DNA of 64,000 nucleotides from Vicugna vicugna (lineage: Eukaryota): contig MU058645.1 in the NCBI GenBank assembly GCA_013265495.1, positions 620,001-684,000 on the forward strand, in the 5' to 3' direction. Below are positions 50,971-62,931 of the stretch, piece by piece. The first letter of the stretch is position 1. Every line of letters starts with the position of its first letter. The translations under genes were made by a program, and so were the position numbers. The notes under the pieces are model-generated. The model had not been told where the DNA came from, did not search any database, and was given only the letters and a program-made list of their open reading frames with translations.

Positions 50971-52046
50971 CTCACTTACCTTATTGACCAAGGAAGTTTC
51001 TTTTGTTCTCCCTACATGACAGGATGACTGTGGCAATGCACCAGTTACAAGGATGGCCATCAATTCTCACATCACCATTGTTTTCATTAAACAATCTTTC
51101 AAGACTGCCTTAACTTGACATGAATCTCCATCTTTCCCCCGAAAAGAAAAACCCTCATCAAAACATTTTCTATGAAGGAATGTCCATGTCCTTTATGACC
51201 CCTGTGATGGTATTAGAGGCATTTGGTAGGGCTGTCACACTGTAAAGACTGTGGGACAATGTTGGATACAGGAAAAGCATCACACAGGTGATGGTGTCTT
51301 GAAATTGGCATTATGTGAATTTATGCCATTGTTCATGCAATATGTATAGAATTTTGAGGTCATAAAAGGCAGACATTCGCCTTGGAGTTTTGATATTCAA
51401 GACATCTGCACCACCGAAAATATTTCCTCTGCTGCCCTGGGACTGAGGCTGTGGCTGGCTTGAATTCCGCACCATTAGTCAAAGAAATTTCTTAATGTGA
51501 AAATTTGTAAATATGTTATCCAAGAAGCGAGCGGTTAGATTAGTGAGATAGCACAGAGTGTGAGTCTGAGATAGGAGACAGAAAGACTAGGCATGTTGAG
51601 ATGAGAAGAAGAAAGGCCAGCTGTATTTGGAATTGGCGACTCTAGGAGGGGGGACAAATCTCAAACATCAGAGTGAAGGTGGAACCCTGGGCGCTGCGCA
51701 GAGGTGGGTGAGCCACCCTGGGAAGGCTCCTGAATTAAAGAGCAAGGCTCCATGCCCCCTTGACCTGGGGAGAAGGAAGAACACAGCAGAGGGATGACTG
51801 GTGTGCAGAAAGCTACCCGAGCATCTTCCAAGTCAGTCATCACTGTGACTTCTCCATGAGGCCAGCAGTGAGCGCTCATGTCCATCTAACTTGCCTTGAG
51901 AGTGGAGCTACTGATGAAAACAAACCACCAGGCTTCTGCTCTTCTGATGCCAAATTTTTGATGTCAAAGACTGCGACTCTGCCCCCGTCAAGGACCTTCT
52001 GGTTGCAAGTGAGGAGAAGAACCCTTCTGAATAGTTTAAAGCATAT

Positions 52047-52126
52047 GAGAAATTTATTAGACGTGATATAGACTATTTCAGTTTAAAACACAAGAGAAAT
52101 TTATTAGAAACGATATAGACTATTTC
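52047..52126. repeat. Two-copy tandem duplication (33-bp unit, 47-bp period)
   Basis: gagaaatttattagacgtgatatagactatttc (52047) and gagaaatttattagaaacgatatagactatttc (52094). Confidence 0.9.
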
Positions 52127-52699
52127 CTAGGATCTAAAGGAAGGCATGCCTCACTCCTGCATACATACATATATTCGGGTGAATGATATAAAGTTGCCAA
52201 TATTCAATCACTTTTCACCTTTAAAAATGGTAATTTCATAAGGTACTAGATATGTGATTTTTCTTCTCTCCCTCCCCCTGCCTTCCCCCTTCCATCCTTC
52301 CCTGACCCTGGCCTCTCTTGAAGATCATAATGTCTCCATTTAAGGGAAAACATCCAACAGTGTTAGAATCACCATATCGGAATTCCAAGTACATAGGCAG
52401 GATAATCTGTTTGGTGGAGCCTCAATCTTGTAGTTAGGAACTGGGGTTAGAGACTATAAACATGGCTGCCAATGGCTACTTTTTTTAGTAAGATGTATGC
52501 TTGTGCACATGTATGTGGGTACATGTACATATGCAGGTACACATGCGTGTACGTGATGGAGCACATGTATGTGGAGGGGATGGAGAGGTCACCAGGGTCA
52601 GCGCTCCAAGAAAAATGATAATGGATTAGTGACACCACACCGGGGTAAATTTTACTCTTATTACTTCTTCAAACACCCTGACAGGAACCTAATAAAAAA

Positions 52700-52988
52700 C
52701 AATTCAGAGCAGAAGCAGACTCACAGACATAGAAAACAGACTACAGTTACCAGGGAGGAAGTGGGGTGGAGCTAGGGATTTGCAGATACTAACTACTATG
52801 TATAAAATAGGTAAACAACAAGGTCCTAGTGTATAGCACAGGGAACTGTATTCAATATCTTGTAATAGCTGATAATAAAAAAGAATATGAAAGAGAATAT
52901 ACGTATATGTATAACTGAATCACTATGCTGTATACCAGAAACTAGCACAACATTGTAAACCATCTATAATGCAATAAAAAATTAATGA
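52700..52988 (+). mobile_element. L1 3' end (artiodactyl-type)
   Basis: Same 3' UTR type as the L1s at 530-944 and 48108-48508. Confidence 0.9.
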
Positions 52989-53188
52989 AAGTAGAATAGA
53001 TAAACAAGATTATACTGTACAGCACAGGGAAATATATACAAGATCTTATGGTAGCTCATGGAGAAAAAAATGTGACAATGAATATAAATATGTTCATGTA
53101 TAACTGAAAAATTGTGCTCTACACTGGAATTTGATACAACACTGTAAAATGATTATAAATCAATAAAAAATGTTAAAAAAATTAATGA
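52989..53188 (+). mobile_element. Second, different L1 3' end inserted in the tail of the first
   Basis: gataaacaagattatactgtacagcacagggaaatatatacaagatc.. variant; 13-bp TSD aaaaaattaatga at 52976-52988 and 53176-53188. Confidence 0.85.
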
Positions 53189-55239
53189 TGAAGATAATGT
53201 TTCAGTTGAGTTATTACATCATTGACCCATTGGATGGCTGCATGTAAACTTACGTTTGGCCATTATTACCCGAACACCTCCCAGGAAGTTCCATGCTTAT
53301 AGGACAAAGATTCCTTTCAATCTCAAAATCCTCCACAAAGACACTTATTCACAGGACGGTGACACCTTTGCTTAATTCATAAAGGTGACGTGGGCAAACA
53401 TCAAAGTCACATCTATGAAGTACAGTATCTGGCAGTGAAAACTGTTGTTAATATGCTATTATCAATAGCATTGAATCATAGTGTCAAGCATTATTCTCTC
53501 ATTATTACATTTCCCACACACATCTCTGTTTTCCAGGGTCTGAAAGCTCTTACTGGCTTTGATCCCATTGTATGCTGCCCCGGTGTTGTTATCCAGCTGT
53601 TTTACACCTGCAAGTGGTGTCTTCTCAAAAGACCGTGCTCTTCTGAAGAGCAGACCCTTGCATGGAGCCTCTCAGCTCCTCCCACTGTGTGAGTTAGAAC
53701 AGGAGATTGGTGGGTACCTATTAAGCTGCTTGGAGAGCAAGTGGGAAAAAAAAAGAGAAACTAAATAAATGATTTTACAGTACCAGATTCTGCACATTTT
53801 AGATGAAGAAAACACAAAAGGGTAAATAGGACAATTTCCTAACGGCAGAAGAGGAGTGAATGTGAGAAGCAGCGAGAGCAGAGAACGCTGTAATTTATTT
53901 TCACACAGCATCTTTTATTCGAACCATTACCAAACATTTGCTGAAGAGTTAGTTGGGCCAAGGGCAGATGACTCAATGAAATATTTTAATCACATTTTAT
54001 AATGGGGGTGAGACTCTCCCGAGACATCCTTTTGCCAAACTGAGACCCAGCAAATGATAGTAGACAAGAAACCAGTGGTGCGGGGAACTCAGAGTATAAA
54101 ACAAGCCTCGGAGCTGAACCAGACGACACGTTCAATGCCAGGCAGAGGGGAGCTTCTTGTAACTCAACATCCCAGCGGCTGAGATTCCAGGAAGCAGCCT
54201 CAGTCTGCCAGGGCTGCTCCCATGGATGGATGAATGCCCTCTTTCTGGGGCTTAGGAAGCTGGAGTTGATTTAAGTCATGCCAATAAGGTTCTGCAAAAA
54301 ACCTAAGGGGCAAATTTTTTCTGGATAAATCCCCCATGGGCAACATCTACACATGTCACTAACAAAAGATGCATTTAGTGCATTCATCTAGGAAAGCAGT
54401 AATGTTTGAAATATTTAGATTAGTATTGCAGAAGACTAGACTCCTTATTCAGTTCTGAATTCCCTACCCCTGACTCCAAGGAGGCAGTAACAAGAGATTT
54501 GTCTTCTAACTACCAAGGCCCCCTCCTCATCTTTCTGGAAGGGTTAGTCAACTAAGCTACCGTGAGCAGGGGAAACAGAGAAAAGAAACCAGGAACTTCC
54601 CCCCAATATTTGTATTCAGCAGAGTGAGATTTATGCATGAGATGCAAATGACTCTGCGTTATTTACACATCTGAGGAAAAACAAATCTTGAACGTAAATG
54701 TTTAGAGGGCATATTATTTTTAAATATGGAAGTCGTTAAAAAAAATTATTAGAGCGTTTGCAACTCCCACTCTGTTAAAGAGACATTCCAATGAGTTTTT
54801 AAAAGAATTTTTTTTTTTTTACAGAAACTATACAAACAAGGTATCTGAAAAGTTAAAAGCACAGACTATCTGGCTGTTTTTACTTCTGTAAATCCTTCAA
54901 AATGATTAGTCGCATTTTCAAGTGATTTCAGGATCCGCCCTCTGTCTATAACCATTTTGCTATTGATTAAAGATCAAATGCGTAACATTCACCCACTTAC
55001 TTTAAGGCCCTCATTGTTTCCGTTGGAATTCAAGTAAATAGAGCACTGTCTTATCTGGCTACCTTGGTCTGATCTCTTTTATAGACTCCATTAAAAAAAA
55101 AAAACAAAAGAGGAGAAACCAGTCTAGGAAATGGGAATCCACTGATCTAATCCTCTGACCCATCAGGAGTTTATTTGGGAAACTGGGCTAAATACTAGCC
55201 TGTGCGCTGTGCAGGGCAGGATTACCGACACACAGCAGG

Positions 55240-55890
55240 ATAACCACTTACACTTAGCGTTTGTATGTTAGGTCTCTGTTCGAAGGGTTTTACATATAAT
55301 TTTATTTAATTCTCACCACAGTCATGTCAGGTACTGTTACAGTGGTCCCCCCCCACCCCCCGCCACAATCATGGGAAAAGATAGATTCCGAGACCCCAGT
55401 GGATGTCTGAGACCTTGGCTGGCGCCAAACCCTATATACACTGTGGGTTTTCTATACGTACATATGTACCTATGGTAAAGATTAATTTATAAATTAGGCA
55501 CAGTAAGAGAACATCTGAACTGCCGGCATCAGGACTCTCGCACTTTGGGGCCATTATTAAGCGAAATGGGGCTACTTAAGCATAGGCCCTGCAGTAGCAA
55601 GATGGTCGACCTACTAACATAGACGGTCACCAGGACACTAATGGGCCAGATGTGCTGGATGAAGGGGTGATTCCTTCCTGAGCAGGACAGAGGGGGACAG
55701 TGTGAGGTTTCGTCAGGCTGCTCAGAATAGCTCACAGTTTAATACTTACGGCCGCGGGTAACTGAAACCTGGGATAAGGGAGACAGTGGACCTGTGATGG
55801 TTGTACAGATGGGGAAAGTCAGGCTCTGGGAGTAAGATTCCTGAGATGGCCCAGCTGGCGAGACACTGTGCATCGGGGTCTGATGTGAGC
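55240..55890 (-). mobile_element. MIR SINE split by MER44
   Basis: tttaattctcaccacag on the left and tacagatggggaaagtcaggctc on the right of the MER44. Confidence 0.7.
55340..55788 (+). mobile_element. MER44/Tigger7-family DNA transposon
   Basis: TIRs cagtggtccccc and gataagggagacagtg, left TA, internal taatttataaattaggcacagtaagag and tttggggccattattaag. Confidence 0.9.
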
Positions 55891-56009
55891 ATCATGCCTC
55901 GATGCAGAGCAGTGCCTACAGCTGCGATTCCAGGGCTGCTCCTCAGACGCCGTCGTGGTGCCCAGGAGAGAAGATGTGCTCCTGAGGCCACACAGGTTGC
56001 TCCTTAAGC

Positions 56010-56180
56010 ACAGAGGCAGAGCGCTTTGTGCCTCACGCTCTTGTTTCATCTTCCCAACAGCCTCATGGAGCCGATTTCAGGGGGTGAGGATCCCAGGTCT
56101 CTTCAACGTCACAGAGTTAGAAGTTGGGGGACCAGGGCGAACACCCAAGTCCTCTGACTCCAAGCCTACGTCTTTAACAA
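56010..56180 (-). mobile_element. MIR SINE (diverged)
   Basis: tcatcttcccaacagcc...aacgtcacagagttagaagt...cctctgactccaagcct. Confidence 0.7.
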
Positions 56181-56392
56181 GAATTCCTTTCCAAATGATT
56201 TTCTTCTGGGTTAAAGCAAACATCCCAGCTTACTGACGATAGACCAACTAGCAAAAGAAGAAAGACTCCACACACGCCTGCAGAGAGCTCTGCGGAGCCT
56301 GAGAAGGGGCTGACTCCCTTGCATTGGTACCCGATGTGGCACCCTCCTTCCAAAGACAGCTTTTTGTACTCCTTTCAAACAACTGTTTTTGA

Positions 56393-56560
56393 GGGGTTGA
56401 GAGTATAGCTCGGTGGTAGAGCATGTGCTTAGCATGCGTGATGGTCCTGGGTTCAATCCCCAGTCCCTCCATTAAAAATAAATAAATAAATAAACAAACA
56501 AACAAATAAACCTAATTACCTTCTCCCTTTCGAGAAAACAAAACAAAACCAAAACCAAAA
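56393..56560 (+). mobile_element. Vic-1-type camelid tRNA-derived SINE
   Basis: gagtatagctcggtggtagagcatgtgcttagcatg...ctgggttcaatccccagtccctccattaaaaataaataaa...cctaattacc; A and B boxes visible. Confidence 0.95.
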
Positions 56561-56898
56561 CCCCCAGCTTTACTGAGGCGTGATTGATGAACAATAAATG
56601 GTGCACATTTCAAGTTTCTGTTTTGATAATTTCCAGCTGGTGTATATCCCACGAGACCTTCCTTGCAGTCAAGGTGGTGAACTCACCTGTCCCCGGGGCA
56701 GGCTTGGCGCGCTGGCAGCCTGCACCCTTGCAGGCCCCCCTACCCCCATTTAGAAAGGAACCACGCTTGGTTTAGTGTGGAGTCTTGAAACTCTCAAATG
56801 ATTTTTGAACAAAAGGTGCTACATTCTCATTTTGCTTCACAAATTATGTAGCCAGTCCTGCCATCCCCCTGCCCCAAAATGTTGCCTCATGGTCCCCT

Positions 56899-57325
56899 TT
56901 TATTTTTACTGTGGTAAAACATGCATATCATAAAGTTTACTGTTTTAACTATCTTTAAGTGTACAGTTCAGCAGCATTAAGTACATTCACTTTTTCGTGT
57001 GACCATCGCCACCTTCCATCCACAGAACTTTTCTCTCTTCCCAAACTGAAACTCTGTCCCCATTAAACAACACCCACGTCTGCCCCAGCCCACTTCACCC
57101 CCTCTTTCTCTTTCTGTCTCTGTGAGTTTGACTCCAGAGACCTCGTGTAAGTGGAATCACAGTATTTGTCCTTTTGTGACCAGTTTATTGCACTTAGGAT
57201 AATGACCTCAAGGTTTATGCATGTTGTAGCAGATGTCGGAACTTCCTTGCTCTTTCAGGCTGGATGATATTCTGTTGAATGGATGGACCACATTTTGCTT
57301 ACCATTCATCAGCGGTATCTTGCGA
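56899..57325 (-). mobile_element. Old L1 3' end (L1MB/L1MA-like)
   Basis: tttactgtggtaaaacatg...aagtgtacagttcag...gtaagtggaatcacagtatttgtcctttt. Confidence 0.85.
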
Positions 57326-58320
57326 CCTTTTGTAATCTCTTCTCCTTGCCCCTCCCTTCTCATCCTGTCTCCAGGCAACTGATCTGCCTTCTGTCCCACT
57401 AGGTTAGTTTGCATTTTCGAATTTTGCATGTAACTGGAATCATGCTTCTTTGGCTGACTTCTTTTGCTCAGTGTAATTGTTCTCAGAGTCACCCATGCTA
57501 TAGCGCATGTTAATAGTTCATTCCTCTTCGTTGCTGACTCACATTCCATCATATGGATGTACCAAGATTTGGTTTCCAGTTTCTGGTTTATTTATTTACA
57601 AATAAATCTTCTATGAGCATTTGTGTGCAAGTCTTTGTATGAATGTAAGTTTTTGTTTCTTTTCGACAAACACTCAGGAGTGAAATGGTTGGATCACATG
57701 GTCAATGCATGTTTAACTTTTTAAGAAATGGCCAAGTTGTCTAGTAGAGTTGAGTCTAGAGTAGTTAGAGCATTTTGCATTCCCACCAGCTAACCGGAGA
57801 GATCCAGTTCCTCCACATTCTTTACAACAGTTGATGACGTCTGTTTTTTTAATTTTGGCCATTTTCACAAATGTACAATGGTATCTTATTGTGGTTTTAA
57901 TTCGTTTTTCCCTAACAACAAATAATGCTGAGCATCTTTTCATGTGCTTATTGACCATCTCCAGGGCCTCTTCAACAAAACATCTTAAATCTCTTGCCCA
58001 TTTTTTTAATTGTTACATTTTGAGAGTTCTTTGTTTTCTTACTGTTACATTTTGAGAGTTCTTAATATGTAGGCATAAATCTTTTATCAGATATAAGCCT
58101 TGCGGGTAATTTCCCCCATTCTGGGGCTTGTCTCTTCACAGTGTTTTCTGAAGACCAGTCGCAGGGCCAACTTCACTAGTGTCCATCTCTCAGGGATCAC
58201 TGTCCTTTGCTGCCTGATGTCCAGTGTCTTGAAAACTAATGTTATCTATATTTTTTTCTGGTTTTATTAGCTGTTTCAGGTAACAGGGTAAACCCAGTGC
58301 CTACTATCTGGAAACTAAAG
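57326..58320 (-). mobile_element. Old L1 (L1MC/MD/ME-like): 3' UTR, ORF2 C-terminal remnant and a 5'-end fragment
   Basis: ORF 57713-57958 reads NKHMKRCS...IKTTIRYH...MAKIKKTD, the L1 ORF2 Cys-rich region. Local 21-bp duplication at 58011 and 58043. Confidence 0.85.
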
Positions 58321-59454
58321 TGTGACATGTACTTTTTTGAAGTATAATGATGAGATTACTAAAATGCACATCTGTTTAAAAGCATTGCTGAATTTTCAGT
58401 AAAGTTTTTATATTATATATTTTTCAGTCAAAAGCTACTTAGAGAATCACTATTACCATGTGGCAACCTGAAATATTTTTTTGAAGTTTGAAAAAGGGAT
58501 TTTAAATTTAAAAATTTTAAAAATGTTATTTTTCAGAGGAGTTTTCCTCACTCTGAAGAAGTTAGGGAACCTCAGGACTATGAGGACCAGCCAAGATGCA
58601 AGAAATCCTAAAAGTGGTTATACTTTAAGCAACTGATATCTTGGGATGAGCTAGCTTCTAAGAGAATATTTTTAAATTAGTCATTTCACAAAAATGAAAA
58701 GAAAAAATTGTTCAAAATTCAGAGATGACAAACTAGTGATTTTCAGATAAATTCTGTCCTCAGACATCTTTCAGTGGTAACTCACACAGGGCATTTAAAA
58801 TTTTGAAATCATTGTCAGTGTTTATAAATTGAGAAACTCTGCACAAAAAATACAAATTTCTGGCTTTTCCTGAAAACTCTGGCAACAACTGAGCAAGAAA
58901 CGGTCAACAGCGTCCAGTTTTCTCCCAGAGGCCAAAGGAGATGGACATTCATTTCCATCTGTGCAGTGACACGCTGCTTAAAACCCCCAGCTCCTTTCCT
59001 GGGCATGTCCACTGGGCCCTCGCAAGAGCCTGGAGGACTTACGGGGAGCAAGCAAAGAGCATGGGATGTGATGGGGAGTCGGGGGCTGAGAGGTAGGAGG
59101 ACGGCCAGCCAGGAAAGTCGGGGCAGTGCTCACCTGCGGTCCAGCCTGGAACTGCCCTTGGGGACCAGACGGAGGATCTGCAGAGGGAGCCCCGGGACAC
59201 CGCTTCCCAGGCAAGTGGACCCAGCCTGACACCTTGGAGGTGAGGTTATCTCTATGCAGAAGCAGGGAAAAAAGGATGCAAGATTTCTGAAGATTCGGTT
59301 TGTGATTTGTTTGTAGCTGGCTCTTCACGTGTCCCCCATTCTCCAACCTCCTTTGTTTAAGAACTGAGTGAATTGCGTCTGGAGCAACAGACTCGTCTCT
59401 GCAAATGGGCAAAGGTCAAAACATTTGCATCTCAGGGATTCCCTGGAAGTGACA

Positions 59455-59525
59455 GAGACACATATACACGTATCTATATATAGACACATACCACATGTGC
59501 ACAGGACTAGATACACACACCGAAG

Positions 59526-59557
<32 letters not shown>

Positions 59558-59715
59558 TGTATACATAAACATACACATACACACAAATATGTATACAAAC
59601 ACATATATAAATATGTATTTTCACATACAAACACACATATATATGTACACAAATAAATATACCTTTACTTTTGCAAATACGTCCAAGACATAGTGTATAA
59701 CTTAATACATACAAG
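59455..59715. repeat. TA/CA-rich low-complexity region including a (TA)n run
   Basis: Read directly from sequence; it explains the YIYI/VCVY ORFs. Confidence 0.9.
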
Positions 59716-60144
59716 TGTCTAATAGACTCACCATTGTGTGATGCTTTACCAGGTTTATTTTTATTTCAGATTTGCATTTTTTAAATGAGATTCTCATGTG
59801 TTTTATTCTCCATGGCAATATACTACCAAAAGAGAGAATGGACAGAAGTCATTCTCACAGCCCCAAAGCCATTGATCAAGGACAGAGTTCTGGGGGAGGT
59901 CTAGGTCTCTCAGCATCCCCACCCTGTGGGCCTCAGGGCTTTAACCACTCACTCTGTGAATTAACGTGAGCAAAAGTCCCCCTCCCTTGGCCCCACACCT
60001 CTCCTCCACCGACATCCTTCTTCTCATGTCTTCAAGACACAGGCACCCAGTGCTGTAGGGCGGCGGGCATTTTTCCGTCTTCCCAGCACATGGAAAGGGT
60101 CACTGACGAGAGTACATGCCAGGAGGGCGTCAGCCTTAGTTCCT

Positions 60145-60625
60145 GCATTAGTGTTAGTGCCCTGGGGCTCGTTAGCAAATCACCACAAACTGAGTAGCTT
60201 AAAACAGAAATACATTCTTTCACAGCTCAGAAGGCGGGAAGTCTGAAATCAGAGTTGTGGCAGGCTGTTTCCTTCTAGCGCTGAGGGAGTACCATCCTGC
60301 ACTTCTCTCTTGGATTCTGGTGGTTGTGGCCGATTCTTGGCATCTCTTGCTTGTAGATGCATGGGTCCAATCTCTGCATCTTTTTCTTCACATGGCCTTC
60401 TCTCTCTGTATATCTGTGTCCCAAATCTTCCTCTTCTGTCTTTTATAAGGGCAGCAGAGATTGGATTTGGGGCTCATCCTAAATCCGGAATAATCTCATC
60501 TCTAGAGTCTTAACATAATTACATCTACAAAGAACCTACTTCCAAATAAGGTCAGGCTCCCAAGTAGGGAAGTTGGGACTTGGACGCACCTTTGGGTGGC
60601 CATACATAATTCAATGCACCATAGT
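60145..60625 (-). mobile_element. MLT1C/D-like MaLR solo LTR
   Basis: caccacaaactgagtagcttaaaacagaaat...gaagtctgaaatcagag...ttacatctacaaagaacctacttccaaataaggtca. Confidence 0.9.
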
Positions 60626-60659
60626 TTCTTAAAGAAAATGTATTATGTGTTATTAAACT

Positions 60660-61830
60660 TCTCTCAGTCTTGATTTTCTCAATTAATGGTACATAGTGAG
60701 ATTCCTTCCACGTTGTTGGTTAAGAAACTAAGTAATAGTTTGTTTTATAAGTGTGCCAGACTTATTTAACGATTTTCATATTAATTGGCACTTCCTTCGG
60801 GTTTGATTTTGTTAGGTATTAAAGATGCTGTAATAAACACTCTTGTGTAAAAATGGTCTTGCAGTCTGACATTTTATTTCTATGGAATAGGTTTCTATAC
60901 ATGGCACAGCTATGTCAAGAATATTAGTTTAAACGTTAATAAAAGTTTCCAGATTACTTTCCAAGAAGGATGAAACAATTTACATTTCCACTAAAAATTC
61001 GTGAGAGGACAGTTTTCCCACATTCCAGCCAGCTTTTTAAAATTTTTCCAGTCTGGTGTGTATAAAGCGAGATCTGTTACTTTGGTTTGGATTTCTCTGA
61101 TTAGGGAAGAGGTGGAGTATCTTATTGTATGCTGCTAGTCTCTATGGATTTGCTGGTCTAGCGTCTATATTTGCATATTTTCTTCTGGATTATTTGCATT
61201 AATCTTATCAATTTATAAATGTTCTCTATATGTGTGTCAATTTCAACCCTTTATCTCCCTTCTAACTTAACCTTCTGGCTCCCCTGGAGTGCAGTACTTT
61301 TGCTGTCTTCCACGGTATCTCTGCCTTACAAAGAGTGCTCTATTTTCAAGCAGCCAAATATGTTAAACATATTTATTATTTCTTTTATGGCTTCCGAATT
61401 GCTTAACAAGACCCAATCACCTTCAAGTTTGAGGTATCACCTGTCTAATTTTTGTCTTATAATTTTTGCCTTTTAAATTTCTACCTTTAAGCACCCAGTC
61501 CATTTAGTATTTTGCACATGATGAGAGAGAGAAGCCAAGCTAATTTCATTTTGGCCAGAGAACCACTGCTATTAGCACTTTTTAGTTAAGAGTCTCCCCC
61601 ATTCTTCCTGAATTTACTCCTTAGTCAGGTCTCCATAACACACGGGGATCTGTTTCTAGGATTTCAGTATCGTTCCTTCTTCTTAACACGTGAGGAGCTC
61701 AGACACAGCATCTTCGTGCTCATCTCGTCAGGAAGGAGAATGACTCGATCTCGCCTTTTCAAGAGTCTAAAGACTGCTTTTCTTATCTTTTCAGGTTTCT
61801 TAGAAACATCTATAATATCAATAATAATAT
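60660..61830 (-). mobile_element. Old L1 (L1ME-like) fragments
   Basis: ttccagattactttccaagaagg...caatttacatttccact...gttttcccacattc, reverse-orientation L1 3' region. Confidence 0.7.
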
Positions 61831-62877
61831 GATAGTAAATATCCCCATCGTAGTCCCAGTTGTGTGGAAATTAATTTAGCATTTTGCCCTCTTGAATAAT
61901 ACCTGCTACTGACTTTTACAAATTGTCTCCTTCATATTTAAATTACCCCCGCCTAATTCTGCCCAATGCACGTATTTTATTAGGAATACCTGCTAAGTCT
62001 CATCAAGTGTCTTTTTAGAATAAGTCAACTCGATTGTGTTTTTTCTCCTTAAAGTGGATGGTGTAGTGCACTGTGTAAAGAGATGTCCTGACAGCAATTG
62101 TCCCTTCATTCCTGAAATAATGTTTGTTTAAACGTAAGCAGGCCGACCCTTAATCTCGGACTTTCGCATCTGTAGTTAGTTACAACAGGTTTGCTTTCTG
62201 ATGCTCTTAGTTTTGACAGCGAGTGTTTGAGTCAGTCACTGGTGGGTGGGTGAACCACTCAGTTTGGAGGGGGTGTGCATGTGCCTGTGTCCTCTGACGG
62301 CCTTGTGTGGTTGCCAGGCGGGGGGCGGCTGCTCCTTCCCCACGCCAAGGCTCCCACGCACCCCTAGTCTCTGCAAGCACCTGCAGTCCCCGCTTTGACA
62401 CACACAGCCAGGACTTCTTGTGTCAGATGACATCATGATGAGGGATGTGTCAGGAAGTGGCTTCAAAACCGTGTCACTGAAACATACTCCAATGAGGATG
62501 GAACAGGACCTGCTCCAGAAGAAAAGTACAAACACCGATCAGCCCACGAGTCAGCATGGACCGTGTCTTCAAAAGGAACTGCAGGCAGTACTGTAAGTCA
62601 GTGTGTCGAGTCTGTGAAATACATCTTCCCATTTCACAGATTAAAGGAAGAGGACAAGGGCTTGTTTTAAGGGTCTCATAACTCACTAGGCTGCATCATC
62701 CCTAAGTGCCCTGGGACCCGACAGAGACAAGCCACAGGGGCGTTCCTCCGCCGAGTCACAAATCCACTCCCCAGCTGGTAGGAAGAGGTTCAGCAAGACA
62801 CAAAATTCCTGAGTGCCTTCTGTAGCCGGGAGGCTGGAGCATGCTGACGGCATCAAAACACAGGTTGCCTGGCCTGG

Positions 62878-62931
62878 CGGCCCTCCCCCTCCTCCCCACC
62901 CCCCTTCCCCCTCACTGCCCCTCCCCGCAGG
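62878..62931. repeat. C-rich tract (G4 potential on minus, i-motif on plus)
   Basis: ccctccccctcctccccaccccccttccccctcactgcccctcccc. Confidence 0.75.

Noticed and set aside
50980-51450. Decayed coding-like segment or pseudogene on the minus strand
   Set aside because: All frames are interrupted and no parent protein could be recognised.
52047-52126. CRISPR array
   Set aside because: Only two units, mammalian context and no cas genes.
56393-56470. tRNA gene
   Set aside because: It is the tRNA-derived head of a SINE, followed by an A-rich tail, with no complete cloverleaf. The same applies to 50841-50970.
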